Shown here in pieces: positions 12,231-22,742 of a DNA stretch of 64,000 nucleotides (positions within the stretch are counted from its first letter, which is position 1; each line of letters begins with the position of its first letter). Made by a program: the position numbers and the translations under genes. The DNA is from Coniocarpon cinnabarinum (Eukaryota). The notes beneath the pieces were generated by a model. That model was not told where the DNA came from. It did no database searches and saw only the letters and a program-made list of their open reading frames with translations. The stretch is from positions 1-64,000 of the forward strand of contig JAVECO010000002.1 of NCBI GenBank assembly GCA_051942205.1. The letters run 5' to 3'.

Positions 12231-14140
12231 ATGTCAAACCCAGAACAAGCCCCAAGATACAGCCTTCCTTCGCAATTCGTAGCCATCGTTGAGCACCCAG
12301 GCGTCATAGTGAACCGACAAAATGCTCTGCGCTCCCTGGGCGGAGTCCAAGCCCTTCAAGGAGTATATAGCTTCGCTGCCACGCATGTCGACCTACTGAC
12401 TTGGAGAAGACATTTACGCACGGGGTCGCCGACAGACCACTTGGCTTACATCTCCGACCCAAAGATCCATATCGTCAGCCTGTGTTCGCACACGAAGCTT
12501 GCATGAACAATATAGTCCTAAAGGTCACCGTACCAAAGCGCACCGGTCGCAGACGCAAGAAGGGCACGACTGATGAATTTACTGCGCACGATGGTGATGG
12601 TCGAGCTCCGCAACTTCCAACCACTGAATCTCTCATTCGAAGATTACAGGACAAGTCTCGTCATTACAAAGTCGACGTGGTCGGTAATGTATCAGAAGCG
12701 TATAGGTTTCGAGGTTAGTCGCGCTGTCTCAGCACGAAGCATTTACTGATAGGAAACACAGGCTTGCCTGACTTCCAGTATTCTCTGATGTCTAGTCGCA
12801 TGGCCAGAGATTTTGAAACTAAGATACTCGCATACGATGGTCAGTTTGTTGGGATGTCTTGCCTCACATTTCTGACTTGTAAATAGTCGAAAAGCTGACG
12901 ACCTTTGAACTATCACATGGCAAACAGGATCCTCCTCAAACGGTTGACATGATCCCACCTCCGGTGTTCGGCGCTGCATCCTTCCCATATCTTTACGGGT
13001 GGGTTGAATAATTGCCACTAACACATGAGAGACTAATGTCTACCCAGCTATAACCAAAACCCGTATGTAACGAAGTCTGTAGACGCTGAAGGACGGGAGA
13101 CAACCGTCAATACACAGGCAATCCGACCCACTGGAGCTAGAGGAGTCCAATATGATATTGAGCGTGTGCCGCAGAAGCCCGAACCTGGACTGCCTCCAAT
13201 TGAGACGCTTGATGAGACCGTGAAGAAGTGTTTGACTCGACTAAGAGTTGTCCTGAAAGAGCGGCCTATATTTACACGACGCGCCTTGCTAAATACTCTC
13301 GGCAAAGAGCACTACTACGCCATGAGGTTCGCCACACCCTACTGTGTCTACACGTTCCTATCTGGGCCGTGGCGTGATACTCTCATTCGATTTGGAGTTG
13401 ACCCACGCAATGACCCAGAGATGCGGAAATACCAGACGGTGAGTGTGAAGCTGTTGGGACGTGCAGACCACAGCTCGGATGCTGTCGTGCCTGCGTGGAG
13501 ACAAGGGCGAACGCAGGCTCTGAGCCATGGCAGCAACCCAACAAGTCACATCTTCGACGGCAAGCAAGTCTTCCCGGACGGCAGCACGTGGCAGTTCTGT
13601 GACATTACCGATCCGCTTCTTGTCGACTTGTGGAATAAGGCGCCTTTAAAAACCACGTGTGATGTGAGTGCTCACGCCAGTGTTTCGCATGGGCAGACAG
13701 TCTGCTGACGATTAAGCAAGCATGTCAGCTGGGGCTGGGTCGAACGCGTCGTATTTGGTAAAATGCATATCATCATGCGCGAGAAAACCAAGCTTCTACT
13801 CGAACACAAAACGCCCAAAGACGCCGACTACGCTTTCATTTTCGGCTTGCCGAATGACCTTGGAGGATTGATCGATGTCCTCTCAAGGTTCAAGGGCAAC
13901 AGCGCAGAACGTCACCTGACATCACAGATCCGTCAGATGTCCGACGAGTCTAGGTCTGCGCATCGCGGAGCTGGGCGATCACAGTATCATGATCAAAGTC
14001 GCAGCATGGGACTCAACAGCGTGAGAGATGTCGAGGTTCCCGGCGAGGCTGAAATGGAAGACGTCGATAATATCGAAGACGGCGAGGAAGAGGAAGAGGA
14101 GGATGAGGAGGAGGAGGAGCAAGAAGCTGCCGAGGATTGA
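12231..14140 (+). CDS. TFC1: RNA polymerase III transcription factor TFIIIC tau95 subunit (Tfc1/Sfc1), multi-exon
   Basis: VEHPGVIVN..ALRSLGG, LRPKDPY, YRFRG/LPDFQY, ERPIFTRRAL, GPWRDTLIRFGVDPR, WQFCDITDP and an acidic C-terminal tail. Confidence 0.9.
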
Positions 14141-14688
14141 CCGAGTCACGTGTCTCACACATAATCGCATGAGCCACAGAGAGATTTCTGTGGCTGTGCT
14201 GCGCATTGACTGCATCCCTTTCGGTCGATGCCAAGGGCGATCCGAGCCACAAACTTGGCTCTGCATTGGCTCTTGCTTGTTTGCCACAGCTTCTCTCAAC
14301 CTTTCGCTCGAGGTTTGATCAATCTAAGGAATTCTATGAGGCAGTGCTACTGCCCATCACGCCTCGCTCACTTTCGGATTGACCCTGGTCGCAACTGCCC
14401 TGTAGCCGAACTGGCGATGACGTAGTCTCATTTGATTCGTAACCGCAGCTGCTCCAAGTTTCCCATATATGCGCCAAGTCACTTTGCGTATACATAAGCC
14501 ACAGGCAGTGGCCACCCGATGATTGATACTTAAATTCGAGCTCAGTCCACCTTCTGAATCCTCAGACCATCACTCACACGCCACTCGCCGCCCAACAAAA
14601 GCATTTGCAACCCAGCAGTTCTACTCCTGAGAATTAAGATACATTCAAACTCACAACTCTTCGTCAAACCCGCACAACAACAGCCGCA

Positions 14689-15020
14689 ATGGATTGCGGC
14701 GCTATTCTCGTCGTCATCCTGACCATCTTCAGTACGTTGTCGCCGTCCACTACATCGTCTCAACTTGACTAACTTCCATCCAAGTCCCTCCTCTCGGTGT
14801 CTTTCTCGTCGCCGGCTGCGGCGCTGACCTCCTCATCAATATCTGTCTCACCGTCCTTGGATATTTCCCGGGACATATCCATGGATTTTATGTCGAGTAC
14901 CAATACTACAAACGCCGTGATATAATCCGTTCTGGTGGGACCCTGACTCATGACGCCAGCGGCATCTACAGCAAGAAGGTGCAGAGTGGAGGGGGCGAGG
15001 GTGTTCCCATTCATGCATGA
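14689..15020 (+). CDS. Pmp3/RCI (UPF0057) proteolipid, copy 1 (canonical type), 92 aa; exons 14689-14731, 14785-15020
   Basis: Spliced product MDCGAILVVILTIFIPPLGVFLVAGCGADLLINICLTVLGYFPGHIHGFYVEY...GIYSKKVQSGG, with the classic PPLGV...INICLT.LGY.PG.IH signature. Confidence 0.93.
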
Positions 15021-16391
15021 TTGAAGTAGAGAGAATTGAGCGGATAGAGCAGGGTTGAAAGACGAGAAAAGGGCACAATTAGCACCTTTAGCGGGAGATT
15101 GCTCTGTTTGATACCCTAGATGTGGAGGCGACGAAAGGATGATGAGGCGCGGATTTTCTGATACGAAACTTGCCATAGCGATGAGCCGCACAATGATCAG
15201 ACTTTCGATACAGTGTCACAGTGTCACACTCTCGTGCATTTGATAATGTTAGAACGTTTTGCTTCAGAACTCCAAACACGCGATACTGTGCGGCATCTTT
15301 GACTACAATTCTACGTTGTTGCCACCCTGTTTATCAAGGTCTCTTAGTGCATACGGTATTAGACCTTCCTGAGCTGGCAAACATGTAGTGAGACGGTCGA
15401 TGCTGAAATGTATGCAGCAGCATGCACTTTCAATACAACCAACCATACAACAGTGGCTTTCAAGCCGCTACTCTAAGAATAAGGTTTTCTTCTGTGACAA
15501 CTCGTCTTCCGCCGCCCCCCATTCCTGAGTCTACGTGGCTGCTTGGGGCCATGGGCCATGATTCCTTCACGCCTGGAAAATGGCTGTCCTTTGCTCGAAG
15601 GGCGTGTTTTGCCGCTTTTCAATCGAAGTGGGAAGCTGGGGGTCCACATTCGAAGTTGCTCGGGTCGCTCTTGCGCGATCGGCATCTGGTCTTTTGCTCG
15701 CGGCACGGAAAGAGTCTTCAAACAATGTTTGCACCTTACAAACGGGACAATGCACTGCAATCGTTTCGTCTAATGACAAGTCGTGCCACTATTTTAGGAT
15801 GGTCGGGAAAGCACAGCAAGGTGGCTAACAGCGCAGTGCAGTGCAATGCCTTTTTGCGCACCTCAATATGGTAGAGAAGTGAACTTTCTTTCCCCTTTCT
15901 ACAAAGTTGCGTGACAGACATTCAGAAAAAAAATCAAGTTTTATGTCTGCACTTGACGGACCCCACAGCGAACAACGTTTTCCTCACCCAGCAGGAGCGT
16001 TTTCTGTGTTCGGCTCGACTGAATGCAGCCACGGGAGAGCGATCCATCATCTAGCGACACGTTTGACTTGACAACTTGGCGGCAAGCGCGCCGACTTGAG
16101 ATCGTCTCGCCACGTAGAGCTTTTCGCTCCTCGTGTTATCGACCATCATGCCGCAGATGTCCGGAACAACTGGTCATTTGGCAGTACTGGCGGCCTTCGT
16201 CCACACCTAAACTTATGATTAAGTATTCTTGTCCACATCAGCAAATAACTTCTGCAAAGCATCTTCCCTCTATCCTTACTGTAACTGTAATCTCCTTTTC
16301 AGGCTCCAGTTCAGGTCCTCTGTCAAGCATTGATCCTAGCCGGCTATTACTTACTAAGTTTTAATTTCGACAGCCGAGTAGGACGACAAGA

Positions 16392-16914
16392 ATGGGTCAC
16401 AAAGTACGCTCGTCAGCCGCTCTCCCACTGTTGATCACCTGTGAGTCTACGCTACAACACCCGACGTGGCAAGAATAGACACTCTCATGTCCGCTATTGA
16501 CAGACATAATGCATCAATCTCTGACTGTGCGTGCCAGGTCCACCCGTGGGCATCAAATTGGCAGGGGGAGGTTGGTGGTATTGAAGCCCATGCTATGCCC
16601 AAATGAGCGCCTGATGTTGATCAATGTTGGCAGGCGCGGTCGGATCGCCATCCCTGTAATGGCTACAGTGGTTGGCATTCCGTTTGTTTGGTTTTGGGGT
16701 CTTAACATATGGTGAGTGACTGTTATCGTGGGACTTTCTGGGACGCACGTTTGATACTGACGAAGCTGTCCGCAGGTGGAATGTGCGTGTCAAGGGAAAG
16801 GATGCGAAGAGCAATTGGCCGGAGAAGAAATGGCGCAATCACAAAGCAAAGAAGAGGGAGAAGAAGCAGCAAGCAAAGGATCAGAAGCGGAGCGAGAAGC
16901 AGAACAGTTCCTGA
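16392..16914 (+). CDS. Divergent Pmp3-like proteolipid, copy 2, 101 aa; exons 16392-16440, 16538-16577, 16634-16711, 16776-16914
   Basis: MGHKVRSSAALPLLITCPPVGIKLAGGGWWRGRIAIPVMATVVGIPFVWFWGLNIWWNVR.. plus a Lys-rich tail. Three GT-AG introns with CTGAC/CTGAT branch sites keep the frame. Confidence 0.7.
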
Positions 16915-17697
16915 ACCGCTGTGGGATCGACATGCCCTGTTATCCGACCAAATTTGCTTTTGGTCGAGGTGGTTTTGAGTCTGGCTTTACGTGTGAGAGT
17001 GTGCTGAGGATAGCGTGTTTATCTTACTAACAATATAAAGAGTCTTGCTTCCTGTATATCTTGCAAAGAAGAATGCGCGTCGCTTTGAGACTTACACGCA
17101 GAGCACGACTTACTCTTTGGCAGGGACGCGCACAGTCAACCGTGCGCGCATTGTCTGAGTTGATCCTGGCAGGAGGGATTGTCAATGATCACAAGGTTCG
17201 ATTTGCTCATGCCATCCAAACTGTGCGGCAAAGCTCATGACCTCGCCCCAGAATCCACAACTAAATTTCATGAGGGTTCAGGTGTTGTCGCAACCTGCAC
17301 GAAATCATCAAGCTTTTTGGGTGCACAGAGGCCACATACCACAACTTGGATTGGTTGGTCCAAGGCTGTGTCTCTGACTCGTGGTCAGCAGAAGTGCATA
17401 TGCATGACCTTTACTTCCCGCCCACACTACTCACACAGAGACATGAGCGAGCTGCTGCAAAGACATTCGTAAATACCTAAGCGCCATCTAAGTAGGATCT
17501 GCAGGAGACCGATGAACGTGGTGTAACCTGACACAAAACACGGCAAGTGCATTTCTCACATCAGCTCACTGAACTTTCAAAACATACTCCATTTCCGCAT
17601 GTCGCAAGTATCTGTCATCGGCATAGCAAAGCAACGAGATTGTCTCCACATTGTCCGAAAATGACCATCGCGGCTCGCAAAATGCGTCCCAAAATGC

Positions 17698-18592
17698 ATG
17701 ACATCTTTACAGTCAGCGATACGTGGCCACTGTCCTCGAAGGTGAGAGGCTGTCCTGCGTCCTGGAGCTGCCGCGGCGTAGTCAGTATGCCCTTGACTAC
17801 GCCGCACTTGAGTTTCATCAAGAGAAGAGACACCGTAGCTACTTTTTGACAGTCTGTGATGTGTTTAAAAAATGCTGGGCACTCTTCGTTTGGCAAGGGT
17901 GATGTATTGGCGTCTCACTCCTTAGCTTTTGCAGTATCTTGCATTCCTAGCTGGTTGCCAATAACTTGAAACTTCTCTAATCAAGTCAATCGCATCGTGT
18001 GCTTCTCCCCTACTACAGGAACTCCTCAGCGTCGAGCTATCCTGCCATTAATACGGTCAACGGACCGTTCGACGAATGCTTCGGATGCGGCGCCGAGATA
18101 GAGTGCTGTCCACCCTGCTGTACCAGCTGGTGGATCGAAGTGTTCTGGCGTACGTCTCCCACAGCCACCACCACCATCATGACCATGTGTATTGGCCAAG
18201 ACGGAGCTGACTCAGTCTAGTTCCCTTCCTACGTCTCCACCAACTCCGAGGCGGTAAATCCTACGATACGTGAGTCACACAAGCACCCTCTGCTTCAACA
18301 ACATCGTCCATGTCGCAACTGACGGATCCCATCTAGCGTCACGATAATTGGAGTCTGCCTCATCTTCTTCGCGTGGTTGCCCTGCCACATCTGGACTTGG
18401 ACCGTCTTCTGGCTGCCGTGCTTCGAAAAGAAGGGCTATGAAGACGAGAAGGCTCGCAAAGAGGCGGCTCGCCAGCGCAAGGGGCATGGCGGAGATCTGG
18501 AGTCGGGCAAGGGCTCGAGTCAACCGTCTGCCCGTTCCAGCATAGATAGCAGGTCCACCATGACCCGCAAACCAAGCGATGGGTCAGGGTAA
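17698..18592 (+). CDS. Divergent Cys-rich Pmp3-like proteolipid, copy 3, ~159 aa; exons 17698-17741 (uncertain), 18019-18149, 18221-18269, 18337-18592
   Basis: ..ECFGCGAEIECCPPCCTSWWIEVFWLPFLRLHQLRGGKSYDTVTIIGVCLIFFAWLPCHIWTWTVFWLPCFEKKG.. Intron phases match the other copies; the 5' exon is tentative. Confidence 0.62.
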
Positions 18593-19449
18593 CAGTCTCT
18601 GCGTGCGACGCATGCAGGCTGCTTGTCATTCACCGCGTTGAGAGCAAGCGACGGAGGGGCAAAACTGGAGGAAATATTGGTGTTTATCAGTGGCAGAGTG
18701 ATACTCACACATGGCTGGTCGGTGGCGCTTGGAGGGTTTTGGGCATGTTCTGCTTCTTGTTGTGCGAGCTCTTGGGAGATTTCGGCGGCGTGCACATCAC
18801 ATACTCTTCCTTTCTGAAGTTCATCTGGAGATCGTTGCCTTCTGCGAAGCAAGCTATTCATCTGTGCATATTTCATGTACTTCTACTGGTCCGACCTGCT
18901 CAAAAGATTGGCGCTTTCATCAAAATGCTGAGATATGGTGTTGACTCAAAGTACGGCGCCAAGAAGAATGCTTGTCAAGGGCTGTTCAGTGCCGTCAAGG
19001 ATCGCCAATATCCTATAAGACCGATCCATTATTGACTACAGGTATGACATGCGCCAGTGCAGTCCCAAAAAGGTGTCATGGTCTTGCGCTCCTTCTCTGG
19101 AGCCGCACGCGAGGGTAGCTGAGTGAAAGTGCAATGACCACAAGCCGGTAGCTCAACTACAAAGAGTCTGTCACGGGCGCTTTCGATGCTTCCATGCTGC
19201 ATCGACCTCTTGAAGAAGTCGGTACATCATGTGCATCATGCCGCGCGATGACGACGCACGCGACCCGCTTTTGGACCCCAACAGATGTGGTGGAAAGAGT
19301 GAAACGTGTTCCCAGAACAAGACCACGTAGCTCGTTTGGGACCGCGCCCCATAATTCCTTTTTGGGTGCGCAGTCATCAGCAGAGACCCCTTGTCGCATC
19401 GACGACAAATGCGTGTAGGTGACCTCTGCGCGCCCTGGTCCAGCGCGAA

Positions 19450-19886
19450 ATGGGTTGCATAGGCAATTTCTGCCACAAGGTCAAGGAGGTCATCATATTC
19501 ATCTTCATTATCCTTCGTACGTCATTCTTCTCGCCAACAGCTACAAGTTACTGCCAATCGATGTTTCGCATACATGTTTGCCAAGACATTGCAAAACATC
19601 GCGCAGGTTGACAGCCTGGAGAGTCACTGACAATAGTTGTAGTGCCACCGTTCGGCCTTTTCCTCGAAATCGGATGGTATGCGTTGCTATCCGTAGCTAA
19701 GGCTTGACAAGAGTGCTTACACTTTGTCTTAGCAAAGATTGTTGCTGCGACATTCTCATCTGCGCTGTCCTTACTATTATATACCCTCTCGGCCTGATTT
19801 ACGCGGTGGTCGAATGGAGGAAACACCGCCGGTTACGGAAGGAACGCAAGAATAACGAGAAACAACAAAATGGCTCGGCAGCATGA
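19450..19886 (+). CDS. Pmp3-like proteolipid, copy 4, 84 aa; exons 19450-19516, 19643-19676, 19733-19886
   Basis: MGCIGNFCHKVKEVIIFIFIILLPPFGLFLEIGCKDCCCDILICAVLTIIYPLGLIYAVVEWRKHRRLRKERK..; GTACGT and GTATGC donors. Confidence 0.82.
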
Positions 19887-20908
19887 CTACCTTCAAAACT
19901 TGATGATGTTCTCAGGTCCGGGGTCTAGTTTCGTTCTGCTCGCTACGATGGCAGCGAGATGCAGATACCAGGCCATCGAGTCTTCGCAACCAGTTCGAAA
20001 CATCACTGGACACGCTGGCTGCGGCTCGAAGCTCGCGGTATGTGTGGCAGGCCTGGGATCGTTGAAACTCAGCTTTCTCCACCAAGCAATGCTTGACGCA
20101 GAAGCCAGCACACAGCGCAACCCATGTCGCTAGACTGTAAGCAGGGCGAGTCTAGATGGCCTGAACTCCTAGTCAAAGTAGTGACAAGGAGGTCTTCGTT
20201 TCCATCTAGCGTAGACTTGCTAGGCTTCAATGAGCGAATTCTTTTGTAGATCCGGAACCAATCTGATGGCAGATGCATTGCTGCTTAATCACCTGTTGAG
20301 AATAGTTTTGATGCAGTCTCAAATGAGCATGCAGAGCTGAAAAGCATTGAATATAAATCTTAAATTGCAGGTTGCGAACAGCTGGATGTCGGGCTATTGC
20401 GATATCGACAGATTGTTGGCTCTTCTATCACAATGCTGGATGCAGGGAGAAGAAGGCCCGATCTGGCTATTGGGCGGCTCAAGAAATGGCCGCCCTTTCA
20501 TTGATGGCAAGTTTGCTTTCAATGATGTCGGCTTGGCTGCTTGGACTGCATCCGATTGTTCGGATGACTGGAGCGCAATCGCCGACATCGAATGCGTGAA
20601 TGTTTCGTGGACCGCTATAACATGGCCCCAGAGAACCTGAATTTCATGATGCCAAGTGTCATTCGGCTGTAGGATTTGCTCTGACCCGTTGCGGTACTTG
20701 GCCGGAACGCAACTTGGCCGGAACGCCACTTGGCCAAGCGTCACGGTCCGCAATCTGGTTCACATTTCACTATGCATTAAATACTTGCTCAATGACGCTT
20801 GCTAGCTCAACACTAAGTCGCCTCTCTTGCTCTACAGGTAGAAGATTTCACCATTCCTGGATTCTGATCAGCTAAGCCTATAAGCAACTGAACGACCCAC
20901 CAGCACCG

Positions 20909-21263
20909 ATGGGGAACAAGACCAATCGGGACAAATCAGACTGTATTTGCTTGACGATCTTTGCCATAATCTGTGAGTAAAGCTCCCGTGTCCATCGAGC
21001 AACGACACACAGTCATACTCGCTGATGAAAAACGAATGCGCATCGAGTAACAGAGCTTTGTGTAGTTCCGCCTCTTGCGGTATGCATGTGCGATGAAAAC
21101 ATGTGCCTTGGACTCAATTTGTAGGTCACAGTGGAATAGCATACATGTCAGTACCAGATCACTAAGACGCTATAGCTGGTGTTGTTTCCTTGCCACTGTC
21201 TGCGGATACGTTCCCGGACTTATCTGGGCGTTGATGGCAGTTTGGAAAGGATTTCGCATATAG
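20909..21263 (+). CDS. Pmp3-like proteolipid, copy 5, 68 aa; exons 20909-20972, 21066-21120, 21176-21263
   Basis: MGNKTNRDKSDCICLTIFAIIFPPLAVCMCDENMCLGLNFWCCFLATVCGYVPGLIWALMAVWKGFRI, with the AIxxPPLAV and GYVPGLIWAL Pmp3 signatures. Confidence 0.88.
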
Positions 21264-21520
21264 CGCTCAAGCGTGACTCGGAGTTGGCGGGCGCTATTGA
21301 TGCCAGGGCTGCTGTGTGCAGTTGGCCAAGGAGGTTTGCTTTTGGGACGAACGTACTTTCACATTTGAGTTTTTTTATTAGCTGTTCGGCATTATGTTTT
21401 CGGAGTTTAGCACGCATAGCAGGCGCGTAGAAACATCGTGGCACTGTTAGGTTACCCTTCTCTGCATGTGTACCTTGCTGCAACTCGTCGTACCTAGTTT
21501 ATCACAGCTTCGATTCGAAC

Positions 21521-22418
21521 ATGACCTTCTCACTCACGCCTTCATGCCTACGATCCTTCAGTAGGCAGACCTATTTCAGCGTTGCTCACCACAATTCGCT
21601 GGGTGAGCTTGGGGTTCCGGCTGGACTACACCCACGGCCGTCGCCATTCGTAATAACAGTCCGGCATGCCACCCATGGCGCGCAAGGTCGAGCGAATGGA
21701 CCCAAAAATGGGCCTGGAAAAAGGCTGGGAGCAAAAAAGACAGGCGGTAGGTGAATCACTCGAGCATTACACTTCTCTACAAGCTCTGAAGATGTGCTGG
21801 CTCGCCACGACTGACATGTTCGCAGACGAATACGTGATACCAGGCAACATCATATTCAAACAGCGAGGCACGAACTGGTATCCCGGCGAGAATGTTGGCA
21901 TTGGCCGGGATCACACTATCTTCGCCTTAGAGACAGGCTACGTCAAATACTACCGCAATCCCATGCTGCACCCAAAGCGCAGATACATTGGTGTCGTGTT
22001 CGATCGAAGTCAGAAATTGCCGTCATCGCCAACAGCACCGCGGCGGCGAAAACTCAATATGATTGCTGTACCGCGAAAGGAGGATGAACCAGGAAGTGCT
22101 CTCAACCAAGATGCGGTTGGTTTCTCGGACAGCGTGCAGGACTCCCACGGACAGATAGTCACATCATCACGGACTGCTGCACCGGTCCGAAGCAACAATG
22201 ACGAGCTCAAAATGCGGCCAGACTATAGCTATCGCGAAAGCAATTGGCAAATAGGTCGAGCGGCAGAGAAAGCAGGGGTCAAAGTTCGGGAGTTTGTCCC
22301 TGGAGACAGGTTCCGAGCGTGGCGCAAAGCGAATGTGCGCAGGAGCAAGGCTGCAGAGAGAAGAGCGCTCGTGAAGAAGAAAACGGGCAAGAAGAAAGCC
22401 AAAGCAAGGGCGCGGTGA
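21521..22418 (+). CDS. MRP7: Mitochondrial ribosomal protein bL27m; intron 21747-21825
   Basis: [60 protein letters not shown]. Confidence 0.93.
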
Positions 22419-22742
22419 CAGTTTATTAATTAATATGTACACCACAGGTGCCACGACGCCTCAGCAGCTCGCTAAGGCCTCTAAACTTCACAGCGCTTTT
22501 GCTCTCTTCAATGTCCTGCTTCAGATTCTCTCCTGATAAGTGCGTCGTTGAGTGATAGCCATGGGCTCGCCAAGTCACGGTGCTATAGGAAGTGGGAAGG
22601 TATCTGAGCACTTAGAAATCGCCGCTTTTCCATATAAGGAAACTTCAATGGAGCAAACACCTCAAAGGTTGAAACTCTTTTGATTTCCCATCGCATCGCA
22701 TGCCGAACCGACTACCAGCAACGACGATCTACGGATTGGAGT

